Assembly: GCA_951406725.2 (NCBI GenBank)
Contig: OX597817.1
Location: 71,052,001 to 71,116,000 of the forward strand
DNA: 64,000 nt
Direction of reading: 5' to 3'
Source: Octopus vulgaris
Taxonomy: Eukaryota
Part shown: positions 1 to 15,999 of the stretch, in pieces
Layout of the letters: each line of letters starts with the position of its first letter
Position numbering within the stretch: the stretch's first letter is position 1
The notes under the pieces: generated by a model
Told to the model about the DNA's origin: nothing
The model's input: the letters and a program-made list of their open reading frames with translations, nothing else
The model's database searches: none
Made by a program: the position numbers and the translations under genes

Positions 1-19
1 CCCGATTCAACCCGGGACC

Positions 20-157
<138 letters not shown>

Positions 158-215
158 AATATATATAATGAGAACGTTTCTGTCGAATGAAAAAGGGGAA
201 TATACATATAGGACA

Positions 216-460
216 GCAGTGACCTGAATAATATTAATAATAATAATAATAATAATAATAACAACAACAACAACAACAACATCGAAAAATACCTCAGGAA
301 TGAGAACCCAGGTTCGAAATTTCGCCAAGACACCTGATGAAGGCTGGTGTGTATATCAGCCGAAATGTTGTGTTAACGACAAACAAGATGAGGATAAATA
401 CCCGTCAATTGTAAATAATGTAAATAATGTACATAATTCCTCATCTCATAAATATAGAAC
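216..460 (+). mobile_element. Hammerhead-containing SINE-like element, copy 1 (tRNA head largely missing)
   Basis: gcagtgacctgaat-(AAT)n(AAC)n-atcgaaaaatacc...tail aatatagaact; near-identical to 27111-27448 (-) and 27450-27683 (+). Confidence 0.85.
329..374 (+). ncRNA. Minimal type I hammerhead ribozyme motif
   Basis: GACAC-CTGATGA-A-GGCTGG[tgtgtata]TCAGCC-GAAA-TG-TT-GTGTT: stem I GACAC/GTGTT, CUGANGA core, stem II, GAAA, loopless stem III. Confidence 0.8.
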
Positions 461-974
461 TGTTTCACCCAAATAGTTCAACAGTTGGACAAATCCTTAC
501 AATCAGGCGAATGATTTAAAGTAAGAATGAGCAGAATATGATAGTTGTTTTACCTTTCACAGATTTCGCAGAATTCTGCGACTCGATCCACAAAGAAAAG
601 ACGACAGAGATATTGCTAGTCTATGTCATTTTTGGAGAAAAGTGCTAGTGAAATCGGACTATATATCAGTACTGCTAAAACAGTATATATGTCTTACATC
701 CAAGAACGGAAAGCTTCTCCTCTCAGAATGGAGAAGAATTAAGAAATAGAGAGCTACACATACCTTGGAGGTCATATCTCTAAACCATAAAGTGATATGG
801 AAATCAGGATTAGTAAAGCATGGAGTGTACTTAACTGTTTGTGGATAAGATATAGAAATCTAATCTTCTGCGAAAAGCTAAAATATACATCTTCAGGGCT
901 ATAGTTGAATCAAAACTTTCGTTTATAGTTCGATAGCATGGAAACTTACAATTCTCTTGAAGAAAACTATAAAT

Positions 975-1280
975 CAGTGGTTCTCACCCGGAGTCCAAAT
1001 GGCCCTTGAGGGCCCATATAAGAATTTTAGGGATACGCACAACAAAATAGTAAATGGGGATTCACAATATTTTTTACGGTCCCCTGAAAAAATTTAGCTT
1101 TTAATGAGTGCATAGGCGCAGGAGTGGCTGTGAGGTAAGTAGCTTGTTTACCAACCACATGGTTTCCGGGTTCAGTCCCACTGCGTGGCACCTTGAGCAA
1201 GTGTCTTCTACTATAGCCTCGGGCCGACCAAAGCCTTGCGTGTGGATTTGGTAGACGGAAACTGAAAGAAACCCGGCGTG

Positions 1281-1330
<50 letters not shown>

Positions 1331-1744
1331 CGTGCGTCTGTCCCCCCACCATCACTTGACAAGCGATGCTGATGTGATTACATCCCTTTAAGTTAACGGT
1401 TCGGCAAAAGAGACCGATAGAATAAGTACTAGGCTTACAAAGAATAAGTCCTAGGGTCGATTTGTTCAACTAAAAGGCGGTGATCCAGCATGGCCGCAGT
1501 CAAATGACTGAAACAAATAACAGAATAAAAGAATAAAAGAAAAGGTATGTACTGCAAGAAACAACTGGGTTTCTTTCTCTAACATTTTGCATTGTTCAGC
1601 AAGTTAATGCATGAAAAACATAATGGGAATTTTGAAAGAAGTTTCTTTAAAACTACTTTTTAAACATCGAATGGCTATGGGGATCCACAAAAATAAAATA
1701 GTAATCAGAAGGGTCCATTGGTAAAATTTTATTGAGAATCCCTA
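975..1744. mobile_element. hAT(Charlie)-like MITE with nested SINE
   Basis: Ends CAGTGGTTCTCA / TGAGAATCCCTA; imperfect 8-bp TSD CTATAAAT (967-974) / CTTTAAAT (1745-1752). Confidence 0.65.
1115..1540 (+). mobile_element. tRNA-derived SINE family A, full length; other copies or fragments at about 4905-5050, 5825-5975, 12280-12470, 22935-23095, 27930-28305, 28440-28598, 30025-30495, 30605-30760, 52735-53095, 59778-60155
   Basis: A-box-like TGGCTGTGAGGT, B-box-like GGGTTCAGTCCC, CORE-like ccttgagcaagtgtctt, internal microsatellite, tail ggcggtg(c/a)tccagcatggccgcagtc...gaaacaa; more than 10 homologous copies. Confidence 0.9.
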
Positions 1745-2160
1745 CTTTAAATGGTAGGTATACCCGAAAGCTCGGTGCTGTTCTTTATACCTAATGGTGT
1801 CAACATATGACTACTAACAAAGAACTATACGAAAACAACCCATATATCTCAGACACAAACAAAAGCACAGTCTGAGATTTATTGATGCAACAAGGAAGAG
1901 GTAGAGGTTGAAGTTCTTCTTTGACAACCTTCGTGTGGTAAACGGGGAAGGGGTAGACCAACAAAAGACACCATCAATTGCTTGGATACGCTGGATGCTT
2001 AAAAATGTCACGGATGACAGAGCGCTATGAAAGACTCGTGCCAGGAATGCCGAGAAATTCACGATCTACACCCACACACGCACACGCACACGCACACGCA
2101 CACGCACATATGCACTCGCACAAACACAGATGCATATTAACACACACACAGATGTATATT

Positions 2161-3550
2161 TCAGGCTGAGTAAAAAGTAAGTAACGTTTTGAAACATGAA
2201 ATTCATCACAATATATTTCAACAATGCGGAAATTTTATTCATCAAAGTAAGTACCATTACAATCACCGCATTTTTGCCAACGAGTAACAAGTTTGTTTAT
2301 TCTGATAACATAAAAATCTTGAGTTCTAGGAGCTGATGAATGCTTTGAACGCACTTTCAGCATCGGCTTGATTTTTGAACTCTTTCAAAGTGTTTGAAAA
2401 AGTGGTAGTTGGTAGGAAAAAGGTCTGGGAAATAAGTTGGGTGGGGAAGAACCAAGTTCTCTCAACTTCTGAAGCGTCATAGTGAAACGTGTGGTCGAGT
2501 ATTGTCATGAAGAATGATTGACCCTCTTCTGTTGACCAGTCTGGGACAGAGGAGTTACAGTTTTTCGTTCATTTTGGCAATTTCATGGCAATATGTTTCT
2601 GCAGTAATGTTTTTTCCGGGTTTTAAGAAGTTATAGCGGATGATTCCAGCAGTACACCACCAAATAGTCACCATAACCTTCTTTTTGAAGAGCTCGGATT
2701 TAGGGAAGGTTTGTGGTGTTTCATTTTGGTCCAACCACTGCGAAGAACGTTTTTTATTACTGTACAGAATCCACTTTTCATCGCAAGTTATAAAATACAA
2801 TCGAGAAATGGTTCGGTTTGGTTACGGAGAAGAAGCGACGAGCGAATTTCACATATGTGCATTTTCTGATTTTCATTCAAACCCTGTGGTACCTATTTCT
2901 CGAGCTTTTACAATTTTCCGACCGCATGCAAATGGTTGCTGGCAGTTTTCTGGCTAGCTTGAATACCTTTTGCCAGTTCTCGAGTGGTTTTAAGTGGATC
3001 TTTCTCAATGACGGTCTTTAATTGACCGTCATCAATGACAGACGGGTGTCCACTATGCTCACGATCTTCAAGGCTCAGGTCTCCACTGCGAAATCTTTTA
3101 AACCATTTTCGAGCTTACCACTCACTGGTCATTTCTTCACCAAACATTTCGTTTATATCGCAGGCGGTTCTTCAGACGTCGTTGCGTCTGAAGAATTCAA
3201 GTCTTCATACATCATGAAGACACAAGTTATGCGTTTTCCCCTTCAAACAAGGGGGACAGTGTCAACAAAACTGCCGCAAGGCAGCAAAAACAAGTGTCTC
3301 AAGATGCAACAATTAACAACAAACACAATTCAACAATCTTTCCCTAACCTCTCGAACGACGCACAAACAAAATTCACGACCAACTCGATCACAGATGATT
3401 GTAACAACGATGAAAAAGTATCAATGTTAATTTATTGATGCATCTGGGTAAGTCTACGTCTGTATTATCTGACAATTGCAAAAAAGTGTTTTTTTTAAAA
3501 TTCAAAACTGCAAAAATTCGGTACAAATTCTTACTTTTTATTCAACCTGA
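2161..3550 (-). mobile_element. Tc1/mariner (DD34D) element, transposase pseudogene
   Basis: TIRs TCAGGCTGAGTAAAAAGTAAG / CTTACTTTTTATTCAACCTGA; ORF fragments ITCDEKWILY, KKVMVTIWW; frameshifts. Confidence 0.92.
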
Positions 3551-3667
3551 TATATATGCTATTATATTATACAAATAGAATCGCGTACACATGCATATAA
3601 TACGAAATGAACAAAAATATATAAATAAATGAATGAATAAAAGTGTGCATATTAAATAAAATTACAT

Positions 3668-4312
3668 GTGTGTGTCTGCCTCTGGTTCTTCTGCCTACCA
3701 CTTCAGCCTTCATCACCCTCCTTACCATCCGCTCCTCATCCATCCTCTCCATGTGGCCAAACCACCTCAACATTCGTCTATCCAATTTGTTTGTTAGTTG
3801 TTCTCTCAATCCTGCTCGTCTTTGCATCTCCTCACTCCTCATCCTGTCCATCAGTGTCACGCTAACCATAGCCCTCAGACATCTCATCTCAAACACACCT
3901 TGTGGCCTCCTTTCCACTTCTCTCAGCCCCCACGTCTCTGCACCATATAACATTGTCGGCAAAATCACGTCCTCATACACACCTCTTTTCGCTTTCATAC
4001 TCAACCTTTTATCTCTCAGCATACCTTTCACAACTCCAAGTATCTTACTCCCCTCCCTCACTCTATATCCCACTTCCTCAACCAACCCACCTTCCATCGT
4101 CACATGTGACCTCAGATAATTAAAAACACTCACCTTCTCTAACATCTCACCATTTATACTCACATCCATCCTACCAGCCCTTCCGTCTCTCGACCATCTC
4201 ATCACCTTACTCTTAGCTACTTTCACTTTCAGTTTCCTCCTCTTACACACTCTTCCAAACTCTACTACAAGTCTTCTCAGTTGCTGTTCCGAGTCCGCCA
4301 CCAGTGCTGTAT
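3668..4312 (-). pseudogene. RTE-clade LINE RT C-terminal region (inverted 5' part of a single insertion)
   Basis: ORF 3567-4301: LKVKVAKSKVM, FNYL, MLYGAETW, LRWFGHMERM, GRRTRGR. Confidence 0.9.
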
Positions 4313-4650
4313 CGGTTTGTATGGATGGATGGAGTGAGGAAAGCTTTGGTGGATAGAGGTGCTAGAGTGAGAGACGCAAGAGAGTTTTATAAATGATAGG
4401 AAAGCTTGGAGAGTGTTTGTGGACGGCTGAGTGAATTTTGAAGTTGCTCAAAGGGGTACGGAACCAGTACGATGCGGCAGGAGTAAACCAGCATATGCTG
4501 TCGGACTCCGCTGGTGAAACCGGGGCTTGCGTTCTATAGCTTGACCCGAGCATAGAACAAGGCGCGTCCCTTTGAGGTGGAAAATGAATGGCATGACTGA
4601 TGTATGTCTTGTTATGGCTAGACCCTCCTAAAAAAATAAGGAATAGGCCT
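4313..4650 (+). pseudogene. RTE-clade LINE ORF end plus 3' UTR (non-inverted 3' part)
   Basis: cggtttgtatggatggatggagtg translates RFVWMDGVRKALVDRG, the expected continuation after RGRP. Confidence 0.75.
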
Positions 4651-4745
4651 GGGTATATATATATATATATATATATATATGATTGATTCTAGTTTCAGCT
4701 CACGAGCTGTGGCCATGCTGGGGCAACGCCATTTTATATATATGC

Positions 4746-4779
<34 letters not shown>

Positions 4780-5137
4780 GTATGTGTGCATGTATGTAGA
4801 TATATATGCTTACATATACATACACACATGCACTTACACACACACGCATACATACACACACCTTTTATTTGTTTTAGTTTTTGGAGAGTTGCCATGCCCG
4901 GATGTTTGAAATGTTCAATCGAACAAATCGATAAATCGAATTATGTTATTTAAGTCCGGTACTTCTTGTATCGGTGACTATTGGCGAACAGCTACGTCAC
5001 GAGAATGTAAACAGAGCAAACCAACACCGGTTGTCAAGCAACGCTGTGGACAAAGACACACGCGCGCAAGTGTGTGTGTGTGTGTATGCGATGCGTGTGT
5101 TGTAAGTATGTGTGTATGTATGAACATATGTATGAAC

Positions 5138-5168
<31 letters not shown>

Positions 5169-5170
5169 TG

Positions 5171-5201
<31 letters not shown>

Positions 5202-5539
5202 GTATATATGTATGTCATTCACTTTATTTCAAGATTTCTTGCCAATAGAGAAAGAACCGGTTTCTAATCTAGATCCAATGCTCCTTCATTGGAATTTCAA
5301 CATCAACAACAGGATATTTTGTTTGTTTGTTTGTATGTATGTATGTATGTATGTATGTATGTATGTATGTATGTATGTATGTATGTATGTATGTATGTAT
5401 GTATGTATGTATGTATGTATGTATGTATGTGTGCATGTATGTAGATATATATGCTTACATATGTATGTAGGTGTAGATTTGTATGTTTTATGTATGTATT
5501 CTCATACATATTGTTACATATCTATACATGCTCATATAT

Positions 5540-5697
5540 ATTTAGATAATCAAATTCTGGAAAGTTTTACAGATTTTTATAGTTCCAGTGATGGAATGGA
5601 TCTGTAGTCTTCGAATTAGCTTTCTCCTTTCTGGTTTTGAGAAGCCTAATTTCTCAAGATTGGTATTTAGGCAGTGAGTTACATATCCCAGGGCCGG
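5540..5697 (-). pseudogene. R4/Dong-like non-LTR retrotransposon C-terminal fragment within (CATA)n
   Basis: PALGYVTHCLNTNLEKLGFSKPERRKLIRRLQIHSITGTIKICKTF; homologous to 36255-36450. Confidence 0.65.
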
Positions 5698-5974
5698 TAT
5701 GTATGCATGTATGTATGAATGTATGTATGTATGTATGTATGTATGTATGTATGTATGTATGTATGTATGTATGTATGTATGTATGTATGTATGTATGTAT
5801 AAATGTATGTATGTATGTATGTACAAAGGGCTTCTTTCAGTTTTCGTCTCCCAAAGCCACTTAGAAGCCTTCGGTCAGGCGAGGGCTATTGTAGAAAACA
5901 CTTAGCCAAGGTGCTATGCTGTGGGACAGAACCCGAAACCATGTGGCTAGGAAGCAAACGTCTTCCCATACAGC

Positions 5975-6026
<52 letters not shown>

Positions 6027-6601
6027 GTACGCACACACGAAAGCAACCCAGAAGAAATTACAGAAGATAGAAAAGAGAAAGTAGGTCTTCTTCGTTCACG
6101 CTTTCACTCTCCGCCTCCTCGCTTCTCCGCCTTTGCGCCGCTACAAATTTCAAGACAACGGTACTAATGCTACCGTCATTTTGAATCACCATTATTTTCC
6201 CTGTACAGCTTCTCTCGACCGAGACACACTGCACTGTTGGTGTTTTCTTGTTACACCATGTACGTCATCACTTTTTGCTAAATATGTCACACATCAGCTG
6301 TTTTATGGAATCATGCTATACACATACACACACACATACACACACACACTCACACACATACACACACACACACATATATACATATACGCAAGCACTACCA
6401 TACACATGATCAGATACGCACACAGACACACGCGTTCAAAAGTACACGCACACGTTAACAAATTCACACTCACACACATTCACACACACACACAAATGAA
6501 AGCTTAAGTACAAAAATGCATACACAGACAAGTATATCAATACATGTACATATATTGTTACACCTGCACAATACACACATACAAACACACATATATAGAC
6601 A

Positions 6602-6686
<85 letters not shown>

Positions 6687-7062
6687 ATGTATGCATGTAT
6701 GTATATATACTTATATACACAATATTTTGTTGGTATATGCGTGTGTGTATGTATACACGCACACTCACAGAAATACAAACACATACGTATATATAAATTA
6801 AAGGTGCGCACGCATAATCATGTATAACCTAATACATACATATTTACATCGATCGACCGATCGATCGATCGATCCGTCCATCCATTCATCCATCGATACA
6901 TATATACATGTACACACGCGCGCATACACACGCGCGCATGCACACGCGCATATACACACGCGCACATACACAGGCACACATACACAGGCACACATAAACA
7001 CAGATATAAACACACACACATACCCACTCATATACATATATATACATTTTGTATAATTTCTC

Positions 7063-7110
<48 letters not shown>

Positions 7111-7533
7111 ATGTATGTATGCATGTATGTATATACATATGCACACACATGTATATACACACATACCCACTGATAATATATATATGTGCGTGCGTGTGTG
7201 TGTGTGTATGTGTGTAGATACATACACATATACACATTTCAGTATGCAAGTGCACATGCACTGTCGCTTGAACTTAGAAACACCCACGCAAGTGCATACC
7301 CACATAAAGGCAAATACACACACGCGCGCGCACACACATACACACTAAAGAAACGCCTTGCTATAATTACCATATATAAATATATATCAGTGGGTTTGTG
7401 TGTATATACCTGTGTGTGTATGTATATACACTATTAAGATATACACATACTCCTGACATACACGAAGTCCATTATCAAGTATATACACATACATTATATC
7501 AATACACATTCATACATACACATACACTTGAGA

Positions 7534-7579
<46 letters not shown>

Positions 7580-7689
7580 GTACACGCAATTATATACTAT
7601 TGCATACATGCATACACATATGGCGTACCACCAATCACTAGATCGATCTATACAAGATCGATCTACATAGATTGGAGTGGAATGTTGAG

Positions 7690-8254
7690 CAGGTGATGTT
7701 GTTGTGGTGGTAGTAGTGATGGTGTTGATGGTGGTGGTGGTAGTGTTGGTGGTGTTATGGTGGTGGTCATGGTGGTGGTGGTCATGGTGGAGTTGTTGGT
7801 AGCGGTAGTGCTGTTTGGTGTTGCTGATGCTGGCGATGGCGATGTCGAAGGTGAAGGTGGTGGTGATGGTATGTCAGTGGCAGTAGTGCCATCTTAAGGC
7901 ACGGGCACAATGGGCCGCAGCTTAGGGGCCGCACGGGTTTAGGGACCCAATTCTGATCTAAGTACGAAGGTGACTAGATGTCAATGTATAAATAATATAA
8001 AGCGTTGCTTAGTAGATTGACTTGCCCCCCACCTCTACCGGGGGGGGGGGGGGGCTCCAGTGCTGTTAAGCGAGCCTACATGGTATGGGTGGTAGTGGTG
8101 ATGGTAATAGTGGTGGCGATGGCGATGGAGGTAGCGGTCTCAGAGGTGGTATGTTAATGATAGCGAAGACGGTGGGGCGTTGTAATCGTTGGTGGGTGTG
8201 CTGGCCATAGCGTTGTTTTTATTGCTGTTGTTGCTGCTACTGCTGCTGCTGCTG

Positions 8255-8286
<32 letters not shown>

Positions 8287-8412
8287 GGTGGCCGTGGTGC
8301 AGGCGATAGTGTTGTTGATGGTGGTGGTCGTAGTTGTGACAATAGTAGTGGTGGTAGAGATAGTAGTGTCGATGGCGTTGGTATTGGCAGTGAGATTGGT
8401 TTTAATTGCCTT

Positions 8413-8443
<31 letters not shown>

Positions 8444-9038
8444 TGTGGTAGCAGTGGGAGTAATGAAGGTAGAGGTGGTGGTGATGTTGATACTCCTGTT
8501 GTTTGTGATAGTAGTGGGAGTTATAAAGGTAGAGGTGGTGGTGGTGTTAGTACTCCTAAAAGTGGCGCAGTTGTTGGTGTTTCTTATAATGATATGTGGT
8601 AGAAGTAGTTGTAATGGTGGTGATATTGGCGGTGGTAGTCGTAGTGGTGTTTGTGGTGATTGTGGTGGTGGTGGTGGTGGTGGTGGTGGTGGCAGTGGGG
8701 TTTGTGGTGGTGGTAGTTGTAGTAGTAGTTATGGTGTTTGTGGTGCTTGTGGCGGTAGTTATAGCGTTTGAAGTGGTGGTGGTTGTGGTGGTGGTAGTGG
8801 CGGGTATGATGGTTGTGGTGGTGGTGGTCGTTGTGGTTGTTGTGGTGGTTCTGGTTGTGTTAGTGATAATGGTCTTGTTGAAGGTGACATAAGAAGTATA
8901 GGCGATTGCAATGGTGGTACTGGTGTTGATAAAGGTTGCAGTGTTGGTTGTAGTGGTACTTTTAGTGTTATTATAAAAGTCAACCCTGGCGGAATTTGAA
9001 CTCAGAACGCGAAGTGTAGTGGTGGTAGACTTAACACC

Positions 9039-9087
<49 letters not shown>

Positions 9088-9215
9088 ATAGTAGTAGTAG
9101 TAGTAGCAATAAAGATAGTGGTACTACGTGTTTGTAGTGATGGTAGTAATTGTTGTGGTGGCAATGTTCGCAGTAGTAGTACTGGTAGATGTTGCAGTGT
9201 GGTGATAATAATAAT
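7690..9215. repeat. Low-complexity (GGT/GTA/GTT)n region with a small GC-rich MITE-like insert at about 7885-8080
   Basis: Direct; source of poly-V/T/G ORFs. Confidence 0.9.
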
Positions 9216-9219
9216 TATT

Positions 9220-10500
<1,281 letters not shown>

Positions 10501-10527
10501 AATAATAATAATAATAATAATAATAAT

Positions 10528-11040
10528 CAAGTATGGTCTTGACTGAGCAAAAAATTGGTACGACCACAAGGCATCGTCGAAAATAGAAATGCAAAGATCC
10601 TATGGGATTTTATGATTCAGTGCGGCCATGAGATAGAGAATAGGAAGCTGGAATAGTCTTAATTGAGAAAGAAAACAAATTATGCTGGGTCATAGATATA
10701 GCATGTCCAACTGACAACAAGGTATCCGACATGGAAGGAAAAAAAATCAAGAGATGTGACAGGTTGGCTTGGGAAGTCAAGCAGTTGTGGTCGATGAAAA
10801 AGGTAGCAGTAGTACCAATAATTGTCGGAGCCCTGGGAACAGTGAGCAAAAATCTCGAGAAGTACGTGGAACAAATAGGGGCTGCAATAAGGGTGGAGCA
10901 CTTGCAGAAAATAGCACTGCTTGGAACCGCTCGAATACTACGGAAGTTGCTCGAAAAATAAGACGTGTTACCTTAGTTCACTGGTAGTGAACAGCTGACA
11001 CTGTAATACATTTCCAGCGTTAGAAGCTGTGCAAAGGCAA
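10528..11040 (+). pseudogene. 5'-truncated R4/Dong-clade non-LTR retrotransposon (restriction-like endonuclease domain plus 3' UTR)
   Basis: KILWDFMIQC..., CWVIDIACPTD, KKVAVVPIIVGALGTV, LQKIALLGTARILRK; flanked by (AAT)n on both sides. Confidence 0.85.
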
Positions 11041-11275
11041 CAACAACAACAACAATAATAATAATAATCATCCTTTCTACTTGAAGCGCAAGGCCTCAAA
11101 ATTGGGGGGAGGGAATAAGTTGATTACATCGACGCCAGTGCGTAACGGGTACTAATTTTATCGGCTCAGAAAGGCTAAGTCGATCTCAGCGGAACTTGAA
11201 CTCAGAACGTAACGGCAGACGAAATACCGCTAAGCATTTCGTCCGGCATGCTAACGATTCTGCCAGCTCGCCGCC

Positions 11276-11351
<76 letters not shown>

Positions 11352-11376
11352 TAATAATAATAATAATAATGGTGAC

Positions 11377-11427
<51 letters not shown>

Positions 11428-11437
11428 AATAATAATG

Positions 11438-11497
<60 letters not shown>

Positions 11498-11736
11498 TTA
11501 ATAATAATTATAATCTCAGGTGATATAGCGATGTTAGAGGTACTGATGGTGGTAGTGATAGCAGTAGTTGGAGTAGAGGTGATAGTGGTAATGGTGGTGG
11601 TAAGAGTGGTGGTTGTAAGAACGATAGTAGTATGTGCCGATCAGCTGATATTGTGATATTGGTGTAGTTTCGTGATATTACTAGGTCGATAGCGGTGATA
11701 GTGGTGGTGGGAGTTGTTACTGTGAAGGAAACAGTG

Positions 11737-11798
<62 letters not shown>

Positions 11799-11904
11799 TA
11801 TGTAGTAGTAGTAGTAGTAGTGGTGGTGGTGGTGGTGGTGGTGGTGGTGGTAGTAGTAGTAGTAACACAACAGCAGTAATGCTGGTAGTTATGGTGTTGA
11901 TGAT

Positions 11905-11944
<40 letters not shown>

Positions 11945-11974
11945 CACACACATATATGTATGTATTTATAAATA

Positions 11975-12025
<51 letters not shown>

Positions 12026-12158
12026 TATTAGGGTAATAAGAATTATTGAAATTATTATTACCAGTGGCCTAGCACAAATTAGTGGTTTGAGTTTTCTACT
12101 GCTCTTTCTAGCAAAAGGCTTTCCTATTAGGAAGCCCCTTAATGTGTTTTAATCTACA

Positions 12159-12232
<74 letters not shown>

Positions 12233-12924
12233 ATATGTATGTATGCATGCATATGTATGTAAGTATATATCTGTATATCTTTAACTTGTTTCAGCTGTTG
12301 AACTGCGGCCATGCTAGGGCATCATCTTGAACGGTTTAGACGAACATGACGAGCCCAGTATTTATTTTTAAAGTACAGGTTTTGTTCTATCAGACTCTGT
12401 TGTCGAACCGCTAATTTACTGGGACGTGAACAAACCAACACGAGCCGTCAAGCAATGGTTGTGGAGTGGTCGGCGAACACATACATACATATACATGTAC
12501 ACACACACACGTAAATACACACGCGCACACATACGCACGCACACATACGCACGCACACACACACATTCATGCAGGTTGATGTATATAAATGAGAGTAAAT
12601 GAAATATCCAAAAAAAATTTTAATGAACTTTTAGAACAATTGTAAAGAGAAGAAAAGTCATTAGTGATAAGTAAACGAAAAATAATACCATGAGACAAAG
12701 GAGATACGTTCAAAATCTTAAAATCGACCGGAAGTTAAATGGAGATATACAAGAGAAAGTGAGATTTTGATCTTTGGTTGATACAGGGACAACTTGCGTT
12801 ACGTTTCTACCGTATTAGACATCCTCAGCTGAGTATAGTTAATAGTAAAGCGGACAATGTGAATAAATAACTCTAGCATTATCATCACCATTACTGCCAT
12901 AGGGCACCACCACCACCACCACCA

Positions 12925-14256
<1,332 letters not shown>

Positions 14257-14364
14257 ATCCAAACAAGAAAACACAGAAAAAAAGAGAAAAAAAAAAAAAA
14301 CACAGCAACGCAGGACGTGGAACAATTAAAGTATTATTGACGCCCAGGAAAGAAGGGAAGGAGG

Positions 14365-14399
14365 GTTTAACGTTTCGAGCGGAGCTCTTCGTCGGAAAC
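14365..14399 (-). ncRNA. Minimal hammerhead ribozyme variant inside a Penelope-pLTR-like repeat (about 14250-14480)
   Basis: Minus strand GTTT-CCGACGA-A-GAGC[tcc]GCTC-GAAA-CG-TT-AAAC; perfect stems I and II, one core change (U4C). Confidence 0.65.
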
Positions 14400-14482
14400 A
14401 AGGAGAAGGAAAGATCCCAAGAAGGGAAGACAGAGGAAAAAATATTTGAGCTGGTGGTGCTCAAGAGATCACATGTTATATA

Positions 14483-14578
<96 letters not shown>

Positions 14579-14772
14579 TATATATATATATATATATATA
14601 TTCAAAAACTATTCTGATAGTGGATATTCAAAAGAAAACCAGGCTTGGTTTGCCAGCTGATGACTGGAAACGAGCAATTCTGAGTACTGGAAATTGGAGC
14701 TTTTCAGTTATAATGTTTCAAAGAATACTCTACATTTGTATTGATCCCTGCCATTTATTCCTTCTGGTAAAT

Positions 14773-14813
<41 letters not shown>

Positions 14814-15999
14814 TATAACTGTATCAAAAATTATGTCACTATTATATCTCTCATTCGATTGTTTTTTCACCGTTATCAGCCTAACTTTCTGTAACGCTAT
14901 CAACCATCAGAGGGTCAAACACGTGTTGCTTTTCATATCTATCTAAGACCATTTTCCCATGTGGTAAGTTCATACAGCTTATTTGAGCAGAAGAAGGAAG
15001 AAAATTCTAAATTCTTCGAATTTAGCTCAGAATTTTGTTATGTTACTATTATTCTATAATCATATTATTTCTTATAGAATATTCTTGTTTTCTTCTCATG
15101 TTTAAGTTGAATGATATCATTTCTCGGTTTCCTTCTGTTTTTCGTTTCTTAGAAGCAGAAAAAGAACTAAGACAAAGATTTCACTAAGCTGTTGTTATTC
15201 TATTAATTGTTACTGAATCACCGTGCTTTTCTTCAGTTGAACCTCTGTCATTTCCCTAAGGCTACTTCTATTTATTTCCCTATAATTCATGGAAGTAGAA
15301 GAAAAATTGAAGTAAGGATTTCGTTAAGCTGCGATTATTCTATTATTTGTTACTGAATCTCCATGTTATATTCTTATGTTTTTGCTTTCTGACGAAATAA
15401 ATAATCTCTCTTGCTTTTCTTTGTCTCTCTCTGGGTTTCTTTTCCTCTTTCTTAACATGGTGAGATAAGCTAAAATTATAAATATACTCTACAACGAATG
15501 ATAATATTCTCTAACAACATAAATAAAGTAATACATAAGATAAGATAAGGAAAGAAATAGTTCTTAAACGAAATATACGATTTCTCACAATTTCTCTCCT
15601 CTATCTTTTTTTTCCTATCTCCTCAGAGTGAGAAAATTTAATAAAATATACTTTACAGCAAAAAATAAGAAAGAACTTTCTACGAAGCTGTGCTTGTCTG
15701 TCACCAGAGCTCTTTGTCAAGCTGTCTGCTTTTGATTGTTCCTCCTCTGTCTGTTGGTCTGTCTCCTTTTTAAAATTTTCTTCTTAACAATCTATTTAAA
15801 TTGTATACAAATATGGCCTCATCGAGCTCCACTTGTACTCTATGTTGCTTATTACTTCCCTTCCTCTACTTCTCTTTATTTTCTTCAAAGTAAGATAGAT
15901 TAAACAGATAAGCAGGCTAATTTACTTATCGAAAGTAAATAAACAGATGGACATCTACAAAGTTATTTAAGAAAGGATCAGAGCAAATACAGCTCAGAA

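Larger units (their letters stand above)
760..2065 (+). pseudogene. Degenerate RTE-clade LINE ORF fragment, split by a hAT-type MITE
   Basis: Decayed translation resembles RTE C-terminus (MEIRISKAWS..., IFRAIVES..., NGRYTRKL, GRGRP); reading resumes after the 975-1744 insertion. Confidence 0.55.

Noticed and set aside
6058-6140. Possible minus-strand terminal exon (AQRRRSEEAESESVNEEDLLSLFYLL*)
   Set aside because: Weak acceptor, very short, no recognisable homology or partner exons
8406-8771. Gly/Cys-rich reading frame resembling a keratin-associated or structural protein
   Set aside because: Arises from degenerate (GGT/GTA)n repeats with stops in frame
12791-12834. Minus-strand CTGAGGA-TGTC..GGTA-GAAA-CG-TA hammerhead-like string
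   Set aside because: Core and spacing fit, but stem II is mostly wobble pairs and stem I does not pair; at best a decayed relic
14655-14676. CTGATGA-ctg-GAAACG
   Set aside because: No stem II and no UH cleavage triplet
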